From an uncultured Bdellovibrio sp. (GTDB lineage Bacteria > Bdellovibrionota > Bdellovibrionia > Bdellovibrionales > Bdellovibrionaceae), in contig CAWVRN010000007.1 of the NCBI GenBank assembly GCA_963932905.1, positions 32,001 to 96,000 on the forward strand: a stretch of DNA of 64,000 bases, in the 5' to 3' direction. The notes under the pieces are model-generated. The model did not search any database. It was given only the letters and a program-made list of their open reading frames with translations, and was not told where the DNA came from. A program made the translations under genes and the position numbers. Positions within the stretch are counted from its first letter, which is position 1; each line of letters begins with the position of its first letter. This document shows, one piece after another, positions 27,550-37,299 of this stretch.

Positions 27550-30255
27550 CTAATGTTTTAATTTCTGCGACAGTAAAGTCGCACGGGCTGCTGCCAATCG
27601 CGCAATCGGTACGCGATACGGTGAACAGCTGACGTAGTCCAGCCCGACGCCATTGAAAAATTCAATAGATTCTGGATCACCGCCGTGTTCGCCGCAGATA
27701 CCTACTTTTAATTTAGGTTTTGCTCGACGACCGCCATCGACCCCCATGCGAACCAGGGCGCCGACGCCTTGAGTATCTATCGTTACAAACGGATCTTTCG
27801 GGAACAGACCTTTAGATACGTAAGTACCCAAGAAACGACCAGAATCATCACGTGATAAACCTAACGTTGTCTGAGTCAAATCATTCGTACCGAAACTAAA
27901 GAAATCGGCGTGTTCCGCGATCGCTTCAGACATAACGGCCGCGCGAGGTAATTCGATCATTGTACCGATTAGGTACTGGAACGAAACACCTTTTTCTTTT
28001 TGGACTTTTTGAACTTCTTGATTTGTTAGTTCGCGCAGTTCTTCTAATTCTTTTTCCATTGCGATCAACGGAATCATGATTTCTGGAACAAGCGTTACAC
28101 CATGCTTAACTAAGTCAGCGGCCGCTTCGGCAATTGCGCGGACTTGCATCGCATAGATTTCTGGATATGTGATAGCCAAACGGCAACCACGGTGACCTAG
28201 CATTGGATTAAACTCATGCAAGTTTTTAACTTTCGCATGCAATTTGTTTTCATCCCAACCGATGCGTTTTGATAAATCCTCAATTTCTTTATCTGTGTGA
28301 GGCAAGAATTCATGAAGCGGTGGATCCAGCAAACGAATGGTCACCGGGTAACCTTGCATGATTTTAAATAATTCAGAGAAATCTGCACGCTGCATAGGTA
28401 ACAATTTAGCCAGTGCACGTTCACGCTCCACTTTTGAATCAGCCAAGATCATTTCACGAACCGCATCGATACGATCGGCGCCAAAGAACATATGTTCCGT
28501 ACGGCACAGTCCAATACCTTGCGCACCGAAATCACGTGCTGTTTGCGCATCTTTCGGAGTGTCCGCATTCGCACGAACTTGAAGGCGGCGTTTCTTATCT
28601 GCGATAGCCATGATCGTTTCGAAATATTTATCTAACTTAGGCTCCACTGTTTTAACTTCACCCAAAAACACTTCGCCCGTTCCACCATCAAGCGTGATCA
28701 CATCACCTTTTTTCAGAACGTAGCCTTTTACCTTCATTGTTTCTTGGCGATAATCGACCTCCACTTCACCGCAACCAGCTACACAGCATTTCCCCATACC
28801 ACGCGCCACAACAGCTGCATGTGATGTCATACCTCCACGAGTCGTCAAGATCCCACGCGCGGCTACCATACCCGCGATGTCCTCTGGCGAAGTCTCTATG
28901 CGAACAAGGATAACTTTGTGACCCTTTTCTTTCCACTCAACAGCTTCTTCAGACGAGAACACAATTTGACCATGAACACCGCCGGGGCTGGCTGGCAAGC
29001 CTTTCGCTAACTGAGTTTTGTGAGCTTTAGGATCTAGAGTTGGATGTAATAATTGATCCAAAGACGCCGGATCCACACGAAGTATGGCTTCGTCTTCGTT
29101 GATTAATTTTTCGTTAATCATATCGCATGCGATTCTTAATGAAGCAGCTGCCGTACGTTTGCCATTACGAGTTTGTAGCATCCACAATTTTGATTTCTCG
29201 ATTGTAAATTCGATATCTTGCATATCACGATAGTGTTTCTCTAATTTTTGGTAAATCGCCACCAGTTCAGCAAAGGCCTTCGGCATGATTTCTTCCAAAG
29301 ATTTATGAGCTGTGTCTTTCGCAGACTGAATCGTTAACGGTTGCGGTGTTCTGATACCCGCCACAACGTCTTCACCTTGTGCGTTTACAAGAAATTCACC
29401 GTAAAATAGTTTTTCGCCAGTAGAAGGATCGCGAGTGAATGCAACACCCGTTGCGGAATCATCACCCATGTTACCGAATACCATAGATTGAACATTTACC
29501 GCTGTTCCCCATGAGGCTGGAATATTGTGTAGTTCGCGGTACGTGATGGCGCGTGGAGTATTCCATGAACGGAAAACCGCAGAAACGGCTCCCCACAATT
29601 GTTCCCAAGGATCGGCTGGGAATGCATGACCTGTGATTTGATGTACTAGGTCTTTGAATTTTTTAACCAACTTTTTTAGATCATCGACAGTTAATTCTGT
29701 ATCTAGGTGATATTTCTTTTCTTCTTTCAAATCTTCCAAAGTGACTTCAAGCAATGATGAATTCATACCCATCACTACGTCAGAATACATTTGGATGAAC
29801 CGACGATAGGAATCCCAAGCAAAACGTGGGTTACCTGATGATGCCGCTAAGCCCTCTACTGTTTGATCGTTCAACCCAAGATTCAAAATTGTATCCATCA
29901 TACCCGGCATCGAGGCGCGTGCACCTGAACGTACGGAGAATAGCAGAGGATTTTTTACGTCGCCGAATTTTTTGCCAATTTTGGCTTCCACGCGGTTCAT
30001 GGCTTCGATGACTTTTGGTTTTACCCAGTCAGGTAGAGAGTTATTGTTTTGATTAAAGTGTGTGCAAATCTCTGTGGAAATTGTGAATCCCGGAGGCACC
30101 GGTAATCCCAAGGCTGTCATTTCGGCTAAATTAGCGCCTTTGCCACCCAGGATATTTTTCATCCCTGCATTTCCTTCGGCTTCACCCGCCGAGAAGAAAT
30201 ATACGAATTTTTCTGGAACTCTAAGTGCGCTTTGGTTGCTTTCCGTCGTCTGCAT
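27550..30255 (-). CDS. ppdK: Pyruvate, phosphate dikinase
   Basis: LGGKGANLAEM, SVRSGARASMPGMMDT, GGMTSHAAVVAR phospho-His motif, GICGEHGGDP. Confidence 0.98.
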   Translation of the reverse strand: MQTTESNQSALRVPEKFVYFFSAGEAEGNAGMKNILGGKGANLAEMTALGLPVPPGFTISTEICTHFNQNNNSLPDWVKPKVIEAMNRVEAKIGKKFGDVKNPLLFSVRSGARASMPGMMDTILNLGLNDQTVEGLAASSGNPRFAWDSYRRFIQMYSDVVMGMNSSLLEVTLEDLKEEKKYHLDTELTVDDLKKLVKKFKDLVHQITGHAFPADPWEQLWGAVSAVFRSWNTPRAITYRELHNIPASWGTAVNVQSMVFGNMGDDSATGVAFTRDPSTGEKLFYGEFLVNAQGEDVVAGIRTPQPLTIQSAKDTAHKSLEEIMPKAFAELVAIYQKLEKHYRDMQDIEFTIEKSKLWMLQTRNGKRTAAASLRIACDMINEKLINEDEAILRVDPASLDQLLHPTLDPKAHKTQLAKGLPASPGGVHGQIVFSSEEAVEWKEKGHKVILVRIETSPEDIAGMVAARGILTTRGGMTSHAAVVARGMGKCCVAGCGEVEVDYRQETMKVKGYVLKKGDVITLDGGTGEVFLGEVKTVEPKLDKYFETIMAIADKKRRLQVRANADTPKDAQTARDFGAQGIGLCRTEHMFFGADRIDAVREMILADSKVERERALAKLLPMQRADFSELFKIMQGYPVTIRLLDPPLHEFLPHTDKEIEDLSKRIGWDENKLHAKVKNLHEFNPMLGHRGCRLAITYPEIYAMQVRAIAEAAADLVKHGVTLVPEIMIPLIAMEKELEELRELTNQEVQKVQKEKGVSFQYLIGTMIELPRAAVMSEAIAEHADFFSFGTNDLTQTTLGLSRDDSGRFLGTYVSKGLFPKDPFVTIDTQGVGALVRMGVDGGRRAKPKLKVGICGEHGGDPESIEFFNGVGLDYVSCSPYRVPIARLAAARATLLSQKLKH

Positions 30256-30344
30256 GGAATCTGCCCCTTTTTTTGAGAATGATCGTCTACCCGCTCAGAG
30301 GTAGCAATTGGGGGCGAATTAGTCCATCGGAAGTCAGAAATTAA

Positions 30345-30375
30345 CAGGGTGCGCGGTCAAAACTCGGGCACCCTG
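30345..30375 (-). terminator. Putative terminator hairpin after 30397..31386
   Basis: CAGGGTGC...GCACCCTG stem followed by a T-rich tract on the minus strand. Confidence 0.55.
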
Positions 30376-30396
30376 AATTTAGCAAAACTAAATACT

Positions 30397-31386
30397 CTAT
30401 TTTACAGCATTGGCGCTGCCCGATTTTATTTCCGCCACCGCATCCGCCACCGTACGACTCCAACCTAGAGCCGCGGCGGCGCGACCGCAGGCGGGTGTTT
30501 CTCGCATTTTATTTTTATAAGCGGCTAATAAATTTTGATTAGCGATTAGTTTTTCATTTTCTTGGTCGTAATTATTACGGCAACTTTCTTGAACCCTATT
30601 TTTTAGCGCTTCATATTTTGCAATGGGGTCTTTCAAAGCGGCTAAGCACTGCTCGTTTTGTGCGATATGCATCGGCAAGGCGCCCGAGCTTTTATCATAT
30701 GTTGACCCTTCGACCTTCATCGTTACGTTCACGGTTGAATTCACGCGTTGGACTTGGGACCAAACAGCATCGGCTTGGGATGACACTTCGCTAACGAACG
30801 CTTCTACCTTACAGCTAACCGCTTTTTCTGCGGCAGCTAGCAAATCGGCGCATTGAGGCTCATTCTTAAGTGCACTGACGGCTTGCTCGTAATTCTGAGT
30901 TTGCTTTTGTTTGTCGTCCGAAGCCTTTAATTTATCAGAACGGCACGAAGCCAAAGCACGATTTAAGAAACCCATTTTCTTTCTAAGATCGCCAGCCGCT
31001 TGACTGGAAGCACAACTTTTATATTTATTTGAACTCTCTGTCGTCGAATAGCCGGATTGAAGAATACGGAAACGATTCCATAAATTGTCGGCTTCAGTAT
31101 TAATTTTTTCAACCTCGCTTGAAACGTTACAACCGGAAACTCCAGAACTTGTCATCGTCGATGCCGTTCTGCCACTAGCAGCCCTGCAACGACTAAATCG
31201 TGGATTGCGTTTACACATATCGACGACAGCGTCATCTAAGTTCAGTTCGGCTCTGATTTTTTCGTTTCCTCTTTTAGCCGATGCCAATCCCGCAACCACA
31301 ACAGCTGCCACAGGAATTACCGCCACTGCAACTGGAAGCAACGACGCTTTAACAGACCCCTTAAAGATCTTACTAAAAAACCCCAT
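30397..31386 (-). CDS. Membrane-anchored helical protein with two tandem 4-Cys repeats
   Basis: N-terminal hydrophobic helix; internal duplication C-x16-W...C...C-x30-C. Confidence 0.7.
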   Translation of the reverse strand: MGFFSKIFKGSVKASLLPVAVAVIPVAAVVVAGLASAKRGNEKIRAELNLDDAVVDMCKRNPRFSRCRAASGRTASTMTSSGVSGCNVSSEVEKINTEADNLWNRFRILQSGYSTTESSNKYKSCASSQAAGDLRKKMGFLNRALASCRSDKLKASDDKQKQTQNYEQAVSALKNEPQCADLLAAAEKAVSCKVEAFVSEVSSQADAVWSQVQRVNSTVNVTMKVEGSTYDKSSGALPMHIAQNEQCLAALKDPIAKYEALKNRVQESCRNNYDQENEKLIANQNLLAAYKNKMRETPACGRAAAALGWSRTVADAVAEIKSGSANAVK

Positions 31387-31513
31387 GCTAAATCCCCCAC
31401 CTGATATAATTTATCGGTGTATCGGTTTAATTTTATAGAAGAATTTTCAGTAAAAATTTTAGAATATTGTCGACATTAAACTATGAATGAATACTTTTTT
31501 GTCAGTAGTTTTA

Positions 31514-33475
31514 TTACTCGTGCCTCAAGGCGTCTATCGGGTTTAGTAGCGCTGCTTTACGGGCCGGATACACTCCAAAAACGATACCGATCATGGCCGA
31601 AAAAAAGAAAGACACTAAAACGGATGATAATGAGACATAGGTAGTCCAACCAATCAGCGACGATAAAATCAACGTCAAACTCCATCCCAAAAAGATACCA
31701 AACAAGCCCCCCACGACACTGACTACCAATGATTCAGACAAGAACTGCGACAGTATATCTTTTCGTTTGGCGCCTAAAGCCTTACGTAGACCAATTTCGC
31801 GCGTACGTTCTGTAACTGATACTAACATGATATTCATGATACCAATTCCACCGACAAGTAATGAAATCGTGGCAATAGCCGCCAACAGCAAGGACATGGT
31901 TTCACCGCTTTGCTGCATAGCTTTTTGAATGTCGGCCATATTTCTGATTTGGAAAGCTTCACTTTGTTGAGACAATGGAATTTTGTGCTGATCGGTTAAA
32001 ATTTTAGTGATGCGATCAATCGATTCATCGATGTTTTCTGGTTTATTAATTTCAACTTCTAGCATTTCTAAATTTGTTCGGCCGAGAAGACGCTTCATCG
32101 CTGTCTCTAGGGGAACAATCACCGCGTCGTCTTGGTCACGGAAACTATTCGCTCCTTTTTCTGGTAAAATGCCGATCACTTGAAAATTAATTCTATTGAT
32201 CTTAATCATTTCCCCAATTGCCGATTGATCACCGAATAGTTCCCTACGCACGGTCTCGCCGATAACGGCTACGAGTGCGCGTTTTCGGTTTTCTTCTTCC
32301 GTGAAAAATCGTCCGATCGGTGGAACAGATGTATGCATGGGTGCCCAGTCCGGAGAAACCCCACTCACGCTAGAATTCCAGTTATTTGTTGCACTTCTAA
32401 CCTGGACTCGGCCATTCACCAGCCCAGAAATACGTGCCACATTTTTATCACGCGTTTTTACGATATCAATATCTTCAACAAGAATTCGATTAGCTGCCCC
32501 AGACTCTTGAGTCACCCCGCCGATACGAACTGAACCAGGCCGGATAGTTAACAAATTAGAACCCAATGACGACAACTGTTCTTCTATCGCCTTCTGAGCA
32601 CCGGTTCCCAGCGCTAACATGGCGACCACGGCTGCTACACCGATTAATATACCTAACATAGATAGTATCGTTCGCACTTTATTTGCCATCAAAGTTTTAA
32701 AACCTTGCCGAAAATAATCCAAAATATCTTGGATGAATGTATTCGGACTGACATCCCTTGGTTTTTCATGCAGCGAGTTCAGTACAATTTCTTTTTTTTG
32801 AGGTTTTGATTTTCTTTCATCGGACTGAATTTTTCCATCACGAATACGAATCAATCGATGCGCCGCTTCAGCCACCTCTTCTTCGTGCGTGACGATAACA
32901 ATGGTGATGCCCGAATCGTTCAGCTGCTGAAGAATTTTCATGATTTCCATTTGACTCTGAGAATCTAAATTTCCAGTTGGCTCGTCAGCCAAAATCATCT
33001 TAGGACTATTAATCAATGATCGAGAGATAGCGACTCGTTGCTGCTGCCCACCGGAAAGTTCACTGGGGCGATGATGACCACGATCCTGTAACCCGACTGA
33101 CGATAGTAATCGTTGAGCCCGATCATTACCTAAGAAACGCTTTGAATACAACAATGGCAGCGACACGTTTTCAATTGCATTCATTCGAGGTAATAAATTA
33201 AATTGCTGAAAAATAAATCCGATTTCACCACGACGAACTTCTGATAGCTCATCTTCATGCATTTTAGAAATCTCAACACCATTCAGTTTGTATGATCCTT
33301 CGCTTGGAACATCTAACAAACCCAAAATATTCATCAACGTTGATTTACCAGAACCCGAAGGGCCCATGATCGCAACGTATTCACCATCTTCGATGGTCAG
33401 GCTGACCCCCTTTAGAATCTCTAAAGTTTGTTCGCCCATTTTATATTTCTTTTTGACGTCCTTGATTTCTATCAT
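31514..33475 (-). CDS. macB: MacB-family ABC transporter ATP-binding/permease protein
   Basis: [17 protein letters not shown] and LADEPTG; FtsX-like permease with [18 protein letters not shown]. Confidence 0.95.
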   Translation of the reverse strand: MIEIKDVKKKYKMGEQTLEILKGVSLTIEDGEYVAIMGPSGSGKSTLMNILGLLDVPSEGSYKLNGVEISKMHEDELSEVRRGEIGFIFQQFNLLPRMNAIENVSLPLLYSKRFLGNDRAQRLLSSVGLQDRGHHRPSELSGGQQQRVAISRSLINSPKMILADEPTGNLDSQSQMEIMKILQQLNDSGITIVIVTHEEEVAEAAHRLIRIRDGKIQSDERKSKPQKKEIVLNSLHEKPRDVSPNTFIQDILDYFRQGFKTLMANKVRTILSMLGILIGVAAVVAMLALGTGAQKAIEEQLSSLGSNLLTIRPGSVRIGGVTQESGAANRILVEDIDIVKTRDKNVARISGLVNGRVQVRSATNNWNSSVSGVSPDWAPMHTSVPPIGRFFTEEENRKRALVAVIGETVRRELFGDQSAIGEMIKINRINFQVIGILPEKGANSFRDQDDAVIVPLETAMKRLLGRTNLEMLEVEINKPENIDESIDRITKILTDQHKIPLSQQSEAFQIRNMADIQKAMQQSGETMSLLLAAIATISLLVGGIGIMNIMLVSVTERTREIGLRKALGAKRKDILSQFLSESLVVSVVGGLFGIFLGWSLTLILSSLIGWTTYVSLSSVLVSFFFSAMIGIVFGVYPARKAALLNPIDALRHE

Positions 33476-34461
33476 CTGCGGCCACCGGCAGGCGGCCCAC
33501 CACCACTACCGCCACGAGGACGTCCGCTGCCAAATGGCGAGAAGGGACTCGAACTTTTATTACCTTTCGGACCTTGCAGTTTAAAAAGAATCGTTTCACC
33601 CAATTCAATACCTTTTACTATTTCACTTTGTTTTCCGTCTGAAGCGCCCAGTTTAATATCTTTTTCCAGTGGCTCTGCATTTTCACGTTTTACCAAAATA
33701 GTTGGTTTACCCGTATCATAGCGGATAAATTCTGTCGGCACGATCAGCACGTCTATTTTTTTGTTTACGTGAAAGGTGACATTTGCGGTCATTCCACTAC
33801 GCATGAAATCCGGCGCTTTTTCAGGAAGAACGTCCACTAAATAGGTGGTGACGTTATTGACCGTTTTCGCTTCGTAAGCGATGCGATCAACTTTGGCTTT
33901 GATCGTATCAGTTGGGTAGGAATCTAACAGCACTTCGCATGTCTGACCGATTTTAATTTGCGCTAGATCTGTTTCGTCCAATTGGGCTTTCACCGTCAAT
34001 CGATTCGACATGACCAACACGGCATCGTTTGTTGAAAACGTCTGACCCGATTCCACGTTCTTACTTATAATCATGCCCGCTAGTGGTGCGATGATCGGCG
34101 TCGGTTTATACAATTCTTCCCAGCGCTTAAGTTCATCCGCGCCTTGCGATCGAGCGGAATCGATCATGGCCGCGCGTTCAGTTGAACTCATCCATGCTAA
34201 TGTTTGACCTTTATAAACCTTTTGGCCCTCTTCGACGATAACTTTGTCAATTCGGCCAGCAACGGGAGGTTTAATTTCTAATCGGTTTTCAGGTTGCACG
34301 GTGCCAGTTGCCAAAATTGTAACTTCCAAATCCCCTTTAGCAACTTGATGTTCACGATAACTGACCCGAACGCTGCGTTTGTTATAAATAAAATAACCCA
34401 CAACCGAAACCAACAGGATACCCGCAATTATATAAATCCACTTTTTGTTTTTCATGGCCAC
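33472..34461 (-). CDS. macA: MacA-like periplasmic adaptor (shortened helical hairpin)
   Basis: ATGTVQP...PVAGRIDKVIVEEGQKV lipoyl-like halves; lies between tolC and macB. Confidence 0.85.
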   Translation of the reverse strand: MAMKNKKWIYIIAGILLVSVVGYFIYNKRSVRVSYREHQVAKGDLEVTILATGTVQPENRLEIKPPVAGRIDKVIVEEGQKVYKGQTLAWMSSTERAAMIDSARSQGADELKRWEELYKPTPIIAPLAGMIISKNVESGQTFSTNDAVLVMSNRLTVKAQLDETDLAQIKIGQTCEVLLDSYPTDTIKAKVDRIAYEAKTVNNVTTYLVDVLPEKAPDFMRSGMTANVTFHVNKKIDVLIVPTEFIRYDTGKPTILVKRENAEPLEKDIKLGASDGKQSEIVKGIELGETILFKLQGPKGNKSSSPFSPFGSGRPRGGSGGGPPAGGRR

Positions 34462-35708
34462 AACCCTAATCCTTGAACTTGTTCCCAGTTCGCGTTTCCG
34501 ACCACTCGATCCCTGGAACTAGACAAAGTGTTTTTTTCACGTTGAATTAAATCATTTTCAACAACATCCCAATCATCAAATGACATTAAACCGTTGTTAT
34601 ATTTCTTTTTTGCTATATCAGAACGCATCTGCGCGGCCGATTTAAATTTTTCATCCACCTTTACTTTTTCAATCGCTAATTTGAATTGCGTGTAGGCTTG
34701 TTTCAATTTCACTAACACTTGATAAGACACGGTCGTGCGATTCACTTCAGCCGCGATTTTGCGATACCGCGCCGACAATTCGTTCGCGTAGTCACGACCA
34801 CCAGAATACAAAGGGATATTCAGGGTCAGACCAATAGCCCAACGATCATTTTCGGGCGGGAAAGCGGAATCTTCTTTTCCAATGGAGCCCGTCAAATTCA
34901 ATGACGGATAGTAAGCCGCCTTATTTTGATCATGACTGTATTGCGAAGCTTCCGCCTGCGCCACGGCTTTTTGATAATCCAGCGTTAGAGTCGCTAGTTT
35001 TTTGAAATCGATCCCAACACTATCTGGCAGGTCTTCTACCGGAATATCTTTTGATACAGTTAACGTCTCATCCGTCAACGATAACCCTAGAACCTGCGCC
35101 AAGGTATTCTGAGCCACATCTAACTGCAGTCCCGCTTGAATACTATCATAAACAGATTGTTGGTAGTAGGCTTCTGACAACAATACAGAGCCTTTGTTTT
35201 CTCGTCCGCTATTAAATCGAAGCTCAACGATGTTTAAATTTTCTTTTCGTCGTTCCAATATTTTTTTTGTTAGCTGAACATATTCTTGCGCATAGATCAC
35301 ACCGGCATAGGCCGATTTATAATCATAACTGATTTTCGCTTTCATTTGTTTCCAAGTCATTTCCGCAATCAACGTATTTTGCTTAGCTTCGTTGTATCTG
35401 GCCATATCCAGGAACCCTGCAAATAAATTTTGCGACAAGTTTAAATTGGCGGCCTCTGATCGTTGTGAAGCCGGCCCCGTGACTTCTTTGTAACTTTGTG
35501 AACTACTGACCGTGGCAGAAATATCGGGAAGAAATCCCGATCGTGCGGCCGCTTCTAGGGCACGTGTGGATTCTAATGTTTGAGTTGCCGCAGACCATTC
35601 TGGATTGTTTTGCTGAATTAATGATAATCCGGTTTGCCAATCTATAGTGCGAGCATAAGCGGCGATTTGAAAAGTCACTAGACACAGTATAAGTTTAACT
35701 CGAGCCAT
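34452..35708 (-). CDS. TolC-family outer membrane channel
   Basis: NNPEW...FLPDISAT, LSQNLFAG, YYPSLNL and LNIPLYSGG repeats. Confidence 0.92.
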   Translation of the reverse strand: MARVKLILCLVTFQIAAYARTIDWQTGLSLIQQNNPEWSAATQTLESTRALEAAARSGFLPDISATVSSSQSYKEVTGPASQRSEAANLNLSQNLFAGFLDMARYNEAKQNTLIAEMTWKQMKAKISYDYKSAYAGVIYAQEYVQLTKKILERRKENLNIVELRFNSGRENKGSVLLSEAYYQQSVYDSIQAGLQLDVAQNTLAQVLGLSLTDETLTVSKDIPVEDLPDSVGIDFKKLATLTLDYQKAVAQAEASQYSHDQNKAAYYPSLNLTGSIGKEDSAFPPENDRWAIGLTLNIPLYSGGRDYANELSARYRKIAAEVNRTTVSYQVLVKLKQAYTQFKLAIEKVKVDEKFKSAAQMRSDIAKKKYNNGLMSFDDWDVVENDLIQREKNTLSSSRDRVVGNANWEQVQGLGLWP

Positions 35709-35783
35709 GTTTCATTTTTACTCTTTACCAAAGTATTTCCAAATGAAATTTAGCTAAACATGAAATAAGCAAGGACTGACCTA

Positions 35784-35812
35784 AACGCCAGTTCTATTTA
35801 GGAACCGGCGTT
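35784..35812 (-). terminator. Hairpin downstream of glyQS
   Basis: AACGCCAGTTC...GAACCGGCGTT stem. Confidence 0.5.
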
Positions 35813-35848
35813 AGCAAGGTTAGGAAACGATAAGTTTCCTAACAGGAA

Positions 35849-37231
35849 TTAAACGTAAAAGTTTTTAAGTCCAGCAGCGATGTACCCATTCAATTCTTTG
35901 ATAGGAATACGTTGCTGAGTCATTTTATCACGGTGACGAACAGTAACGGATTGGTCGTTAGCCGTGTCGAAGTCCACCGTTACACAGAACGGAGTCCCAA
36001 TCTCATCTTGGCGACGGTAACGTTTACCGATGGATTGCGCTTCATCGTACTGAACATCAAAATCTTCAGCTAGTTGATCACGCAAAGGTTCCGCGATTTT
36101 AGTTAACTCTTCTTTTTTAGATAGCGGCAGAATCGCTACTTTGATTGGCGCGATGTCTGGGTGGAAGGCAAGTACCGTACGTACATCTTCCGCGCCTTTT
36201 TCATCTTTAGTCACTTCTTCTTTGTACGCATCACACATGAATGCCAGAAACAAGCGATCACATCCAACAGCCGTTTCAATTACGTAAGGAACATATTTTT
36301 CTTTTTCCGCTTCGTTGAAGTATTCCAAATTTTTACCAGAAAATTTCGCGTGCTGACTTAAATCGAAATCGGATCGATTATGAATTCCTTCTAATTCCGA
36401 GAAACCCATAGGGAAGTTAAACTCAACATCAACCGCCGCCCGCGCATAGTGAGCTAGTTTATCATGCGGTTTAAATCGCAAGCTTTCTGGGCGAATACCG
36501 TATTTTAAATAGAATTGCAGACGACGTTCCTTCCACTCGTTGAAAAACTTTTCATCCGTCCCCGGTTTAACAAAATATTGCATTTCCATTTGTTCGAATT
36601 CACGTGTGCGGAAAATAAAATTTCCCGGTGTGATTTCATTACGGAATGATTTGCCGATCGCAGCGATACCAAAAGGAATTTTATAGCGTGAACTCTGCTG
36701 GCAGTTCATAAAATTCACAAAGTGACCTTGCGCTGTTTCGGGACGCAAGTAGACAACGCTCGCTGAATCTTCTAATGGTCCCATGTGAGTTTTAAACATC
36801 AAGTTGAACTGCCGTTCTTCAGAAAGATTTTTAGATCCACAATTCGGGCATTTTTTTTCGTTAATATAAGAATCGGTGTTGTCGGCGCGGAAACGTGTTT
36901 TACAGTCTTTACAGTCAACCAAGGGATCGCTAAAGCCATCAACGTGACCAGACGCTTTCCAGACAGTTGGGTGCATCAAAATGGCCGCATCGATACCGAC
37001 AATATCACTTCGACGAGTCATCGCATTCCACCAGGCTCGTTTGACGTTCAATTTCATCAATGAACCTAAAGGACCATAGTCCCAGCAACTACCCAGACCA
37101 CCATAAATTTCAGAACTTTGAAACACAAAACCCCGGCGCTTGCTTAAGCTCACCAGGGTAGCTAGGTCTTTTAATCTACGAGTAACTTTTTCAGAATTTT
37201 TTTCGTTATTATTATTTGCAGGAGTTTCCAT
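35849..37231 (-). CDS. glyQS: Glycine--tRNA ligase (alpha2 type)
   Basis: [59 protein letters not shown]. Confidence 0.98.
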   Translation of the reverse strand: METPANNNNEKNSEKVTRRLKDLATLVSLSKRRGFVFQSSEIYGGLGSCWDYGPLGSLMKLNVKRAWWNAMTRRSDIVGIDAAILMHPTVWKASGHVDGFSDPLVDCKDCKTRFRADNTDSYINEKKCPNCGSKNLSEERQFNLMFKTHMGPLEDSASVVYLRPETAQGHFVNFMNCQQSSRYKIPFGIAAIGKSFRNEITPGNFIFRTREFEQMEMQYFVKPGTDEKFFNEWKERRLQFYLKYGIRPESLRFKPHDKLAHYARAAVDVEFNFPMGFSELEGIHNRSDFDLSQHAKFSGKNLEYFNEAEKEKYVPYVIETAVGCDRLFLAFMCDAYKEEVTKDEKGAEDVRTVLAFHPDIAPIKVAILPLSKKEELTKIAEPLRDQLAEDFDVQYDEAQSIGKRYRRQDEIGTPFCVTVDFDTANDQSVTVRHRDKMTQQRIPIKELNGYIAAGLKNFYV

Positions 37232-37261
37232 TCAGCGAATCCTTAAGATGAAATTTGAACC

Positions 37262-37290
37262 ATCTTAAAGGAATCGCTGTTAGGGGTCAA
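37262..37290 (-). promoter_or_regulatory. Putative sigma70 promoter of glyQS
   Basis: Minus strand TTGACC-N17-TAAGAT. Confidence 0.6.
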
Positions 37291-37299
37291 TCGTACGTT

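Noticed and set aside
31514..35708. tolC-macA-macB as a novel secretion system
   Set aside because: Ordinary tripartite ABC exporter with no evident linked cargo.
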